A DNA stretch of 63,459 nt, the filler included. It is 3 parts of 3 records of this genome, joined end to end, with 100 filler letters (N's around TTAATTAATTAA, not from the genome) between each part and the next. Parts side by side here need not be neighbours in the genome. Positions count along the whole stretch, not along the records: positions 1 to 26,704 come from DRR723986_3467; positions 26,805 to 51,870 come from DRR723986_3470; 1 more part is not named here. One strand, written 5' to 3'. Shown piece after piece: positions 19,655 to 29,000 of this stretch (the first letter of the stretch is position 1; every line of letters begins with the position of its first letter). Both the position numbers and the translations under genes were made by a program. The notes under the pieces are model-generated. The model had not been told where the DNA came from and did no database searches. It saw only the letters and a list, made by a program, of their open reading frames with translations.

Positions 19655-19736
19655 ATACTATCGAAACCGAATTTGACTTTAAGTGCAGAAATCAGAGCCT
19701 GATTTGCGCAAAGTGCCGGGGCTGAGGGGAGTTTAG

Positions 19737-20762
19737 GTGCTCTATTACATTGTCCGACGTATTTTGATGATGGGTCCCACCTTGCTGGTGATCAGTCTGC
19801 TGACTTTCTTCATCATCGAGTTGCCGTCCGGTGATTACATTTCCAACCAGATTGCTGCCCTGAAGTCCTCCGGTGAAAGTTCCTCGGTTGCCAAGCTCGA
19901 GTTCCTGCGAAAGGAATTCTCTCTCGATCGTCCCTTCATGGAGCGCTACCTCATCTGGGTCGGCCTCTGGCCGGGGCCTCACGGTTTCGACGGGTTGATC
20001 CAGGGCAATTGGGGCTGGTCGTTCGAATTCGACAAGCCGGTGGAGCAGGTCATAGGACCGACACTTCCCTTGACCGTGGTCCTGAACTTCGCGACGATCC
20101 TGTTCGTTTACGTGGTGTCGTTCCCCATCGGTATTTTTTCTGCAACGCGTCAGTATTCCTGGGGGGACTACGGGTTCACTTTCCTGGGCTATATCGGTCT
20201 TGCCACCCCCAATTTTCTGCTTGCGCTCATTCTGCTCTATTTCTTCAATCGCTGGTTCGGCCTGTCCGTCGGTGGCCTGATGGATCCTCAGTACATCGAT
20301 CAGCCCTGGAGCTTCGACAAGGCGATGTCGGTGCTGGCGCATCTGATCGTCCCGACCATCGTGATCGGGACCTCCGGCACGGCGGCCATGATCCGGCGCC
20401 TGCGCGCCAACCTGCTTGACGAGCTTCACAAGCAATATGTCACCACGGGCCGGGCGAAGGGGCTGAAGGAAAACCACCTGCTGGTCAAATATCCCCTGCG
20501 CATGGCCATCAACCCGTTCATCGCCGACATCGGCAACCTGATCCCGTCGCTTGTTTCTGGCTCGGTGATCGTTTCGGTGGTGATGAGCCTTCCGACAGTC
20601 GGTCCGGTTCTTGTGTCCGCGTTACAATCGCAGGACCAGTTCCTGTCAGGGTTCATTCTGCTGTTCGTTGCCATGTTGACGCTGATCGGCATGCTGATCT
20701 CCGATCTGCTGCTGGCGGTTCTCGATCCGCGCATTCGTCTTGGCGGGAGGGCCTCGTCATGA
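19737..20762 (+). CDS. ABC transporter permease (OppB/DppB-like)
   Basis: YIVRRIL, multiple TM, EAA-like YVTTGRAKGL, DPRIR end. Confidence 0.92.
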   Translation: MLYYIVRRILMMGPTLLVISLLTFFIIELPSGDYISNQIAALKSSGESSSVAKLEFLRKEFSLDRPFMERYLIWVGLWPGPHGFDGLIQGNWGWSFEFDKPVEQVIGPTLPLTVVLNFATILFVYVVSFPIGIFSATRQYSWGDYGFTFLGYIGLATPNFLLALILLYFFNRWFGLSVGGLMDPQYIDQPWSFDKAMSVLAHLIVPTIVIGTSGTAAMIRRLRANLLDELHKQYVTTGRAKGLKENHLLVKYPLRMAINPFIADIGNLIPSLVSGSVIVSVVMSLPTVGPVLVSALQSQDQFLSGFILLFVAMLTLIGMLISDLLLAVLDPRIRLGGRASS

Positions 20763-21937
20763 CCATGGACGTGAAGAATACGCCCACGCGCGAAGTCGAG
20801 CATTACGTCGATCCGACGCCGTTCAACCCGGCTGTCACCGAGGAGATGACCGCCGAGCAGGAGCGCTTCTACCAGGCTTCCCAATGGAAGATCATGTGGT
20901 GGAAATTCAAGCGCCACAAAATAGCGGTTTGGTCAGGCGTGGTCCTGATCCTGTTCTACCTTTGCGTTCCCTTTGCCGAAGTAATTGCGCCCTATGGCGC
21001 CAACAGCCGCGACAGCATGCATCTTTATGCTCCGCCGCAACCGATCCACTTGTTTCACGAAGGCAAGCTCGTCGGCCCGTTCGTCTACGGCATGACCTCG
21101 GAAATCGACATGGAAACCCTGCAATGGGTGTTCAAGGACGATCCGAACAATGTCCAGCCGCTCCGCTTCTTCTGCAGCGGCGCAAAATACAAGTTCTGGG
21201 GGCTTTGGGACGCGTCCTTCCACCTTGTGTGCCCGGCGGAAGGCGGCACGATGTTCCTGTTCGGGACGGACCGGCTTGGCCGCGATCAGTTCTCGGGACT
21301 GGTCTACGGGGCCCGGCTGTCACTCACTGTCGGTCTGATCGGCGTCGTGATCTCAATTGTTCTAGGGCTCTTCTTCGGTGGGATCGCCGGCTATTTCGGC
21401 GGCTGGATCGACAGTCTGATCCAGCGGGCGATCGAGATCCTGCGCTCTCTTCCCGAACTGCCTCTGTGGATGGCACTCTCTGCAGCGCTACCTGTCACCT
21501 GGAGCCCCGTCTGGATCTATTTCGGCCTGACGATCATCCTTGGTCTGCTGGATTGGCCCGGGTTAGCGCGTGCCGTCAGGTCGAAGCTGCTGTCCCTGCG
21601 TGAAGAGGAATACGCCAAGGCGGCGGTCCTGATGGGGGCCAAGCCGAAGCGCGTGATCACGCGGCATCTGCTGCCGGGCTTCACAAGCCACATCATCGCG
21701 TCGGCGACGCTGTCGATCCCGTCCATGATCCTGGGTGAGACTGCGCTGTCCTATCTTAACCTCGGTCTGCGTCGGCCGGCGGTTTCCTGGGGTGTTCTCT
21801 TGAACGAAGCGCAGAACATTTCGGTGGTGACCGTCTATCCATGGCTGATGGCTCCGGTGTTGCCGATCATCATTGTCGTCCTGGCGTTCAATTTCCTTGG
21901 CGATGGTTTGCGCGACGCGGCAGATCCCTATAAGTGA
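20759..21937 (+). CDS. ABC transporter permease (OppC/DppC-like)
   Basis: FGTDRLGRD, GARLSL, AAVLMGA, FNFLGDGLRDAADP. Confidence 0.92.
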   Translation: MTMDVKNTPTREVEHYVDPTPFNPAVTEEMTAEQERFYQASQWKIMWWKFKRHKIAVWSGVVLILFYLCVPFAEVIAPYGANSRDSMHLYAPPQPIHLFHEGKLVGPFVYGMTSEIDMETLQWVFKDDPNNVQPLRFFCSGAKYKFWGLWDASFHLVCPAEGGTMFLFGTDRLGRDQFSGLVYGARLSLTVGLIGVVISIVLGLFFGGIAGYFGGWIDSLIQRAIEILRSLPELPLWMALSAALPVTWSPVWIYFGLTIILGLLDWPGLARAVRSKLLSLREEEYAKAAVLMGAKPKRVITRHLLPGFTSHIIASATLSIPSMILGETALSYLNLGLRRPAVSWGVLLNEAQNISVVTVYPWLMAPVLPIIIVVLAFNFLGDGLRDAADPYK

Positions 21938-21999
21938 TGCATCTGAAATCTGAAGAACCGGCGGGCCGTTCTGGCCCGTCTTGCTGTTAGGAAGTCACA

Positions 22000-22593
22000 A
22001 TGTCGAAGAATGCCACCACCGCCGCTGGCTGGGACGAGGAATATGAAGCCGGTCGCTGGGCCTTCCTGCGCTCGCTGCCTGAAAGCGGCCGATACGGCAT
22101 CATCGGCATGTGGCTTAGCCTGACCGGCTCCATGGATGACGTTCTCGATATCGGCTGCGGCGAAGGCCTGCTCTACGAGCGTTTGCAGCCCATGGGCGTC
22201 AAGCGCTATGTCGGCATGGATCTTTCCCCGGCTTCCCTGCAGATCGCGAATATCGACCCGGCCATCGCCAGCCTCCGGGCAGGCGACATGCACACGTTCG
22301 AAGCGCAGGAAGGTGAAACGTTCTCCGCCATTGTCTTCAACGAGGTTCTTCACTTCGCGGATGATCCGGCTGCCGTCGTTGCCCGCTACGTCCCGTTCCT
22401 GAAGGAAAACGGTGTTATCGCGCTGTCGATGTATTCACCGAAAAAGCCGGAGTCAGGTGCAAACAAGCTGATCAACAAGCTCTGGGAAGCAACCGACGAT
22501 ACCAGCAAGTGGGAAGTGCTCGATGACTATCGTCTCGTCTCCGACAAGAAAGGCGTCACCTGGCGCATGCGCCTGGTGAAGCCGGTGCGATAA
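22000..22593 (+). CDS. Class I SAM-dependent methyltransferase
   Basis: VLDIGCGEG, YVGMDLS, IVFNEVLHF. Confidence 0.85.
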   Translation: MSKNATTAAGWDEEYEAGRWAFLRSLPESGRYGIIGMWLSLTGSMDDVLDIGCGEGLLYERLQPMGVKRYVGMDLSPASLQIANIDPAIASLRAGDMHTFEAQEGETFSAIVFNEVLHFADDPAAVVARYVPFLKENGVIALSMYSPKKPESGANKLINKLWEATDDTSKWEVLDDYRLVSDKKGVTWRMRLVKPVR

Positions 22594-22633
22594 GCACCGG
22601 AGAGCCCGAAAATCAGCATTGAATTTGGCGAAC

Positions 22634-22673
22634 ACAGTCCTGCTTCCTCGGTCTGAGGAAGCAGGACTGTTTT
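22634..22673 (+). terminator. Rho-independent terminator of the ABC/methyltransferase unit
   Basis: Perfect 16-bp stem ACAGTCCTGCTTCCTC/GAGGAAGCAGGACTGT followed by TTT. Confidence 0.7.
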
Positions 22674-22772
22674 GATTCCAGGGGGGGCGGCGTGCTCAGG
22701 CAGCGGCTCCCCCGTTCCTGGAGTGCACTTGGTGATCCTCCTCGGGAGGACGATTTGCCCAGTGACAGGTGA

Positions 22773-23060
22773 TCAACCCGGAAGCACGACAATCGTCGAC
22801 TTGCCGCCCTTGTTCCGAAGGGCGTGCACATCGGCAAGGTCCGGGTCGCGATGCCAGGCCTTGGCGGCATCGGGAGTGGGGAAGGACAGCAGGGCAACCA
22901 TGTTCGGCGCATCGATAGCTGCTTCCAGGACCAGCGGTTCGGGATCCGCTGCAATGACGCTGCCGCCATGGCGGGCGAGAGCGTCTGCAGCTTTTTCACG
23001 ATAGGCGCCGAGCGCTTCGCGATCCGTCACCGTGATCATGGCAATCGCTTGAATGGACAT
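22773..23060 (-). CDS. DUF1330-family small dimeric alpha/beta-barrel protein
   Basis: 95 aa, YREKA..LARHGG...VLE...LLSFPT.DAAKAW pattern; divergent from LysR. Confidence 0.75.
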   Translation of the reverse strand: MSIQAIAMITVTDREALGAYREKAADALARHGGSVIAADPEPLVLEAAIDAPNMVALLSFPTPDAAKAWHRDPDLADVHALRNKGGKSTIVVLPG

Positions 23061-23141
23061 CTCTTAGTCTCCTTTGCTTGAGATGCCAGAATCGTATCGC
23101 AGAGGCGGCTTGCGAAAAATTCTTCAAATTCGTAACTGAAC

Positions 23142-23157
23142 TGTGCAAAAATGCACA
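23142..23157. promoter_or_regulatory. Dyad at the LysR start (candidate autoregulatory site)
   Basis: TGTGCA-AAAA-TGCACA immediately upstream of the LysR ATG. Confidence 0.4.
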
Positions 23158-23161
23158 TGCC

Positions 23162-24052
23162 ATGTATAGCTGGGATGATCTGAAATTCGTGCTCGCCATT
23201 GCCAATGCCGGCAGCCTGACAAAGGCCGCCCGCAGCCTTGGTGTAACGCATTCAACTGTGTCGCGGCGGCTGTCGGCGCTGGAAGAGGAAATCGGCGCAC
23301 GTCTGTTCGACCGTCTTCCGGAAGGGTTCACGCCGACCACTGCCGGCGAAGAGGCGGTTGAAGCCGCCCGCCGGATGGAATTGGAAGTGCTTGCGTTGGA
23401 CATGCGCATTGCCGCCAAGGATGCCGAACTCGAAGGCCCGCTGCGTGTCACGGCAGCACAGCTAATTTTCCAGGTGCAACTGGCCGAGATTGTCGCGCGC
23501 TTCAAGGAGCGGCACCCGGGCATCGACGTCACCATGAATGCGGCCAACGAAATTCTGAGCCTGCACCGGCGCGAGGCCGATATCGCGGTGCGTGTCACCG
23601 ACAAGCCCGATGAAAGCCTGTTTGGCCGTCTTGCCACAGGCCAGAACCGCTGTTTCTACGTGTCGCGAGACTTTGCCCGCCGATACCGGGACGCGGCGCT
23701 CGAAACGGTCACATCGCAGGCAGTGCCTTTCATCGCCTTCAAATGGTGGGGCAACAAGGTGCCGAAGGAAATGCGCGATCGGTACCCCAATGGTGAGGTG
23801 GCAACGGTCACCGATGACATGATCACGATGCATGCGGCCGTTCGGGCCGGCATGGGTATCGGCCGTTTGCCCTGCTTTCTGGGGGATCCTGATCCCGACT
23901 TGATCCGCCTGCCGGGCGTCGAACCGAGCCGTTACTTCGATATCTGGATCCTGACCCATCCGGACCTGAAGAACGTCGCCAGGGTCCGAACCTTTCTTCG
24001 CTTTGCGGCCGACGCCTTCAAGGAAAAGAGCAGTCTCTACCTCGGGAATTGA
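23162..24052 (+). CDS. LysR-family transcriptional regulator
   Basis: WDDLKFVLAIA..GSLTKAARSLGVTHSTVSRRLSALE HTH; EADIAVR. Confidence 0.93.
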   Translation: MYSWDDLKFVLAIANAGSLTKAARSLGVTHSTVSRRLSALEEEIGARLFDRLPEGFTPTTAGEEAVEAARRMELEVLALDMRIAAKDAELEGPLRVTAAQLIFQVQLAEIVARFKERHPGIDVTMNAANEILSLHRREADIAVRVTDKPDESLFGRLATGQNRCFYVSRDFARRYRDAALETVTSQAVPFIAFKWWGNKVPKEMRDRYPNGEVATVTDDMITMHAAVRAGMGIGRLPCFLGDPDPDLIRLPGVEPSRYFDIWILTHPDLKNVARVRTFLRFAADAFKEKSSLYLGN

Positions 24053-24068
24053 GTGACGTTGCCAGCTG

Positions 24069-24521
24069 TCAGAGCCAGCGGCGAACGCGCGCGCAATAGT
24101 CGAGATACTCCTGACCGAACAGGCGCTTCAGATGCTCTTCTTCAGGCCTGATCTGGAATTCGGTCAGGTACCAGACAAAAGCCGGAACGACGGCGAAAAC
24201 CGTCGCCGTACCGAAGTAGGTGCCGAATGACAGCAGCAGCAGAACGTCGGCGACATACATCGGGTTGCGCGACACCCTGTAAAAACCCTGGGTCACCAGA
24301 GTCCTGGCTTTATCCGGCGTTGTGGGGTTGAAGGTCGTTCCCGCCATGACAAAGCGAAAAAGCGCGTGTCCGCCAATTGCCAGTCCGGCAATGAGGAACA
24401 CCGCGGCGATCGAAGTCTGACCTGAAAAGGTGAGGTTCAGCGCCGGAAACAGCCTGGCGCCTGCATACAGCAGAAGCAGTCCGATGCCGACGACGACCGG
24501 AGGCGGAAGCAACAGGCGCAT
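24069..24521 (-). CDS. Isoprenylcysteine-carboxyl/phospholipid methyltransferase-family membrane protein
   Basis: LVTQGFYRVSRNPMY, EEEHL..LFGQEY..YCARVRRW; RBS AGGGAG. Confidence 0.85.
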   Translation of the reverse strand: MRLLLPPPVVVGIGLLLLYAGARLFPALNLTFSGQTSIAAVFLIAGLAIGGHALFRFVMAGTTFNPTTPDKARTLVTQGFYRVSRNPMYVADVLLLLSFGTYFGTATVFAVVPAFVWYLTEFQIRPEEEHLKRLFGQEYLDYCARVRRWL

Positions 24522-24529
24522 GGTCTCCC

Positions 24530-24886
24530 TCAGGACCTCTGAAGAACGATTGGTGCGCCGTGCGGCGTGGCCCTGGCCGCGTCGTCCCAGGCCTTGCGCA
24601 GGTCTGCAAGTTGTCCGGCTGCGGCAATGTTCTTGGCTGTGAGCAGACCTTCGAAGGCCGCCAGCCAACGGTCGTAATAGCCTTCGGTCTCGCCGCTTCC
24701 GTCGCCATCCTTGGCAAGCTCGGCGCCCAGAGCCTCAGCCCATTCGCCCCAGGTAAACACTCCGGCTTCATGGGCTTTCACGGTCATGGCGAAAACCCTG
24801 GCTTCCCAGGGAGCACCGAACACCGGCCCGCCGTCTTCATCCAGCGGCAGGCGTGGCGTTTCGAGAAACTTATCGGGCAAGGTCAA
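24530..24886 (-). CDS. Nitrile hydratase accessory (P14K-like activator) protein
   Basis: PVFGAPWEARVFA, YYDRWLAAFE, ATPHGAPI; TTG start overlapping the beta-subunit end. Confidence 0.85.
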   Translation of the reverse strand: MTLPDKFLETPRLPLDEDGGPVFGAPWEARVFAMTVKAHEAGVFTWGEWAEALGAELAKDGDGSGETEGYYDRWLAAFEGLLTAKNIAAAGQLADLRKAWDDAARATPHGAPIVLQRS

Positions 24887-25532
24887 GATAAGGCTCCCAG
24901 AGATCGATACGCAGGGAAAGCTTGGGATCGCTGTCAGGACCCCAGATGTCGGTCCCCTTGAAGAGGACACCATAAAGCCAGGTCGGCTGTTCGCCCTCGC
25001 CGTGCGCGTTGGTATCCGGAAACACATGAACGCCGTGAATGGCCTCGATCGTGCCAACAGCATCGCGGGCATAGCGGGGAAGGCGCGTGTGGTGTTCTGG
25101 GTTCATGCGCCGCGTATGGACCTTGTCACCGACACGAAAACGGGCGGGCTGATGTTCCTCTCGGTCGACCGGTGCGCCTTTGGACAGAACTCCGGCAACA
25201 GCGTCTGCCGAGAGCACGCGCTTGACCGGCTTCGCGGCTTCAAGTTTCCGGCCTTGTTTCAGTTCCTCTTCCGTAACGAGGCCATTGGCCAGCACAAGTT
25301 TTTCAAGCCCTCTGGTCCAGATCTCGTAATAGCTGGAGGTCAGGTAGGTAACTTGCGGCAAGGATTCGCGGGCAAAGCGTGAGGCATCAAGCGTCCAGGA
25401 GCCGGTTGCGCCCATGGCCAGCGTTACCGCAAACGCGCGTTCTTCCCATTTGGCATGGAAGTTGGGTTCGTTTTCTTCCAGTTCGATGGGGCCAAAGCCC
25501 ATCTGTCCGCCAAGATCCTGGGCGCCGTTCAT
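24870..25532 (-). CDS. nthB: Nitrile hydratase beta subunit
   Basis: [35 protein letters not shown]. Confidence 0.95.
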   Translation of the reverse strand: MNGAQDLGGQMGFGPIELEENEPNFHAKWEERAFAVTLAMGATGSWTLDASRFARESLPQVTYLTSSYYEIWTRGLEKLVLANGLVTEEELKQGRKLEAAKPVKRVLSADAVAGVLSKGAPVDREEHQPARFRVGDKVHTRRMNPEHHTRLPRYARDAVGTIEAIHGVHVFPDTNAHGEGEQPTWLYGVLFKGTDIWGPDSDPKLSLRIDLWEPYLDLAR

Positions 25533-26170
25533 GCCGCATCCTCCAGTTCGGAAGGATCGAGCGCCAGCCCGGTACCGATCATGCTGTTGCGGGTGACGAG
25601 ATCCGCCAGACGTTCCTCGCTCCATCCGTCTGTTCCCGCAGGGCGTTTGGGGATCACCAGATAGCGGATTTCAGCCGTCGAATCCCAGACGCGGACTTCG
25701 GTATCATCCGGCAGCTTTACGCCAAATTCATCCAGAACACCTCGCGGGTCGCGCACGGCGCGGGACCGATAGGGAGCAGACTTGTACCAGACAGGCGGCA
25801 AGCCCAGCACTGTCCAGGGATAACAGGAGCACAGTGTACAAACGACCATGTTGTGGGTCTGGTCGGTATTCTCGACCGCCACCATGTGTTCACCCTGACG
25901 GCCAGTGAAGCCGAACTCGGCAATCGCTGAGGTCGCGTCTTTCAGGAGCCGGTCCCGGTAGTCTGCATCCGCCCACGCCCGCGCAACAACGCGGGCGCCG
26001 TTCTTGGGGCCGATCTTGGTTTCGTAAGTCTCGATCAATTCGTCCAGGGCAGGGGGATCGATATATCCCTTTTCCGTCAGCAGCGTTTCCAAAGCGCGTA
26101 CACGCAGCTCTATCTCGCTCAATTCGGAATGGTCGTGATCATGGGAATGATCGTGTTCGTGAGCGGACAT
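25529..26170 (-). CDS. nthA: Cobalt-type nitrile hydratase alpha subunit
   Basis: Metal motif VCTLCSCY (Thr/Tyr = Co-type); His-rich N-terminus. Confidence 0.96.
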   Translation of the reverse strand: MSAHEHDHSHDHDHSELSEIELRVRALETLLTEKGYIDPPALDELIETYETKIGPKNGARVVARAWADADYRDRLLKDATSAIAEFGFTGRQGEHMVAVENTDQTHNMVVCTLCSCYPWTVLGLPPVWYKSAPYRSRAVRDPRGVLDEFGVKLPDDTEVRVWDSTAEIRYLVIPKRPAGTDGWSEERLADLVTRNSMIGTGLALDPSELEDAA

Positions 26171-26333
26171 GGAAAGCTCCTCGCTGGCAGGTACCTCATA
26201 TGAGAACGCAGGTCATGGCCTGTCAATTCCAACACGAGGTTGGTCGCCTGATTTTGAGGAGGGTTTGTCATCCCGGATCGGTGCTCGACTTGGTCGCATT
26301 TGTCCGGGATGGCGGTGTTGCGTGGATTGGCCT

Positions 26334-26412
26334 TCAAATTAGTTACGAATGTAACCAATTTGACTTAGATCAAGGCGGGTAGGCTGTGGAGCTATATGGT
26401 TACATATGTAAC
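26334..26412. promoter_or_regulatory. Two GTTAC-N4-GTAAC operator palindromes
   Basis: TCAAATT-A-GTTAC-GAAT-GTAAC-C-AATTTGA (26334-26363) and GTTAC-ATAT-GTAAC (26399-26412). Confidence 0.7.
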
Positions 26413-26432
26413 TAATTTGGAGGAGCGGTCCC

Positions 26433-26704
26433 ATGAAAATCGAGCAGATGCATCACGTCGCCTATCGTTGCAAGGACGCCAAGGAAACCGTGGAATGGTA
26501 CGGCAAGATGCTGAACATGGATTTTGTTCTGGCGATCGCCGAAGATCATGTGCCCTCTACCCACGATCCCGATCCCTACATGCACGTCTTCCTGGATGCC
26601 GGAAACGGCAACGTCCTGGCGTTCTTCGAACTGCCGACCAAACCCGAAATGGGGTTTGACCCGAATACGCCGCGCTGGGTGCAGCATATCGCCTTCAAGG
26701 TGAA
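26433..26704 (+). CDS. VOC/glyoxalase-family protein (3'-truncated by contig end)
   Basis: HHVAYRCKD, YMHVFLD, LAFFE, QHIAF; RBS GGAGGAG. Confidence 0.85.
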
Positions 26705-26804
26705 NNNNNNNNNNNNNNNNNNNNNNNNNNNNNNNNNNNNNNNNNNNNTTAATTAATTAANNNNNNNNNNNNNNNNNNNNNNNNNNNNNNNNNNNNNNNN
26801 NNNN
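26705..26804. other. Artificial contig linker (six-frame stop)
   Basis: N44-TTAATTAATTAA-N44. Confidence 0.97.
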
Positions 26805-26831
26805 TCGTTCAACGAAGCCATCCGGGGCGGC

Positions 26832-28073
26832 TCACAGGTTGCCCTGGATGGCGGAGCAGACCGCCTGAAGCGCCTTCGGCACATCGGCATCCGCCCGCCA
26901 CAGCGCGTCGAAGCGCGGCTTCATCGCGGCAAGGATCTGCGGCGCCTTCTCGTGGCTGGGCAGAACGCGGCCCGCCTTGATGGCGTCGCTGACGTGGCCC
27001 ATCTGCTCTGCCGGGATCAGCTGGTTGGCGTCGATGAAGGCGTCGCTGTCCAGCACGGCGGCCCGGGCGGGCGGGAAGAACTGCGCCATGGTGGCGACGT
27101 TCTCGGCGTTCGTCATGAAGGCCGCGAATTCCGTGGCGAGGTCCTTGTGCGCGCTCTCGGAGAAGACCGAGATGCCCGCCTGCCCGATGATCGGCGCTTC
27201 GCCGGCGGGACCAGAGGGCAGGGGCGCGATGCCCCATGCGAAACCGGCCTCGGGCATCTTGGAGGCGCGCGAGATCTGGTTGACCGTCATCGCCGCGCTG
27301 CCCGAGAAGAAATCGCCCTGCTCGCCCGGGGGGACGATGGATTTGTCGGCGAAGATCATCTCGTGCAGCTGGGTGATCGCCGCCACCGCCTCGGGGTTGT
27401 CGAAGCCGCAGTCGCCATCCTGCCATGCATAGCCGCCATGGGCGCGGATCGGCGGCATGATGGCGTGCATGATGCGGCTGTCGTAGCCCTGACCATCCTT
27501 GAACTCGAAGCCCCAGGCGTCGCCGCTCTCTGCCAGAGCCTTGGCTGCCGCGCGGAAGCTATCCATCGTCCACTCGCCCTTTTCGGCAAGCGCCAGCGGG
27601 TCTTCCAGCCCGGCGGCATCGAACATGTCCTTGTTGTAGAAGATCATGAACGGCGAGGTCGAGAAGGGGATGCCGTAGACCCCATCGCCTTCGCTCCAGA
27701 GCGCCATGGCGGGCTCCGAGAAGTCGTCGAGGTCATAGCCCTCGGTCTCGCGCAGGGCCGGGCCGATGTCCGCGACCACGCCAGCCCCGATGAAGGCGGG
27801 AATGCTGTCCTCGAACATCCAGCCAAGGTCCGGCGCATTGCCGCCCGCAAGCTGGAACGTCAGCTTTTGGGTGTAGTCGGCGGCGGGGATGGTCTCGAAC
27901 CGCACGGTCACGTCGGGGTGGGTTTCCGTAAAGGCCTCGGCGATGCCGTTGAGCATCGACAGATGCGCCTCGTTGCCGGTCCACACGGTGAACCGCAGCT
28001 CCTGAGCGCCTGCGGTCCCGGCCAACAGCGCCGAAGCCGCGACACTCGCCGCAAGAAGTCCTGGTCTGGTCAT
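26832..28073 (-). CDS. Sugar ABC transporter substrate-binding protein
   Basis: Signal peptide ending AGA-QE, YGIPF, FYNKDMF, WGIAPLP; RBS GGAGGAG before ATG at 28073. Confidence 0.9.
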   Translation of the reverse strand: MTRPGLLAASVAASALLAGTAGAQELRFTVWTGNEAHLSMLNGIAEAFTETHPDVTVRFETIPAADYTQKLTFQLAGGNAPDLGWMFEDSIPAFIGAGVVADIGPALRETEGYDLDDFSEPAMALWSEGDGVYGIPFSTSPFMIFYNKDMFDAAGLEDPLALAEKGEWTMDSFRAAAKALAESGDAWGFEFKDGQGYDSRIMHAIMPPIRAHGGYAWQDGDCGFDNPEAVAAITQLHEMIFADKSIVPPGEQGDFFSGSAAMTVNQISRASKMPEAGFAWGIAPLPSGPAGEAPIIGQAGISVFSESAHKDLATEFAAFMTNAENVATMAQFFPPARAAVLDSDAFIDANQLIPAEQMGHVSDAIKAGRVLPSHEKAPQILAAMKPRFDALWRADADVPKALQAVCSAIQGNL

Positions 28074-28124
28074 TGGTCTCTCCTCCCTTGTCATGGTTGT
28101 CGTTCCTTCCGTCCCGGTTCCGGC

Positions 28125-29000
28125 TCAGGGCGCGCGGACGCGGGCGACGGGCAAACCCGCGACCCCGGCGTCCAGCGCGAGCACGGCTCCGGCAAGCGGT
28201 TCCTCCGCCGCGCCATCGGGCAGGATGGACATGGTCGTCACACACAGCACCCGCAGACCGGGGCCGGCGAAACACAGGTTCGTCGGGCGGCTGACGGGCA
28301 GCGCGATATGGTCAATTTCGGCACCTTCGGGCGACAGGCGCACGATGCGGCCCGCGTCGATGGCGGCGAACCAGTAGCAGCCCTCCGCATCCACGGCGGC
28401 GCCATCGGGCCGCCCCTTGGCGGGTTCGTGGAACACGCGCCGGTTCGACAGGGCACCGGTGGCTCGGTCGAGGTCGAAGGCCCAGATGGTGTTGACCTCG
28501 GGGTGCGTGTCGCTGAGGTAGAGCGTCCCGCCGTCGGGCGAGACGGCAAGCCCGTTCTGCGTGCGCAGGCCGTCCAGCACCTTGACGGGGCGGTCCCCGT
28601 CCAGCCGGTAAAGCGCGCCGCCCGCGCCGCTGTCCTTCGGCATGGCCATGGTTCCGCACCAGAAGCGCCCGTCCAGATCCGGCGCGCCATCGTTCAGCCG
28701 CCAGCCTTCGGCGGTGCCGTCGGGCGCGGCCAGATCGGTCAATGTGCCGTCCTCGCTCAGAAGGCTCCAGCCGGTGCCGGCGGCGACGAGGATGCGCCCG
28801 TTCCCCGTCAGGGCCAGCGCAGAGGGCTTGCGATCCAGCGCGATGCTGTGGGCCGCACCCCCGGACAGATCGCAGCGCCGCAGGGCCTGCCCCTCGATAT
28901 CGCACCACCACAGGTGGCCGCGATCCGGATCCCAGAGCGGGCCCTCGCCCACCCTGTCGGGGGCTCTGTGCAGGACGCGTATCTCGGGGGTCCGGCTCAT
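28125..29000 (-). CDS. SMP-30/gluconolactonase-family sugar lactonase
   Basis: GEGPLWD, RLNDG, NGLAVSPDG, PDGAAVDAEG, PTNLCFAG. Confidence 0.9.
   Translation of the reverse strand: MSRTPEIRVLHRAPDRVGEGPLWDPDRGHLWWCDIEGQALRRCDLSGGAAHSIALDRKPSALALTGNGRILVAAGTGWSLLSEDGTLTDLAAPDGTAEGWRLNDGAPDLDGRFWCGTMAMPKDSGAGGALYRLDGDRPVKVLDGLRTQNGLAVSPDGGTLYLSDTHPEVNTIWAFDLDRATGALSNRRVFHEPAKGRPDGAAVDAEGCYWFAAIDAGRIVRLSPEGAEIDHIALPVSRPTNLCFAGPGLRVLCVTTMSILPDGAAEEPLAGAVLALDAGVAGLPVARVRAP

Noticed and set aside
26749-26760. TTAATTAATTAA as a regulatory or CtrA-like element (also 51915-51926)
   Set aside because: Centred in N runs and identical twice: assembly linker
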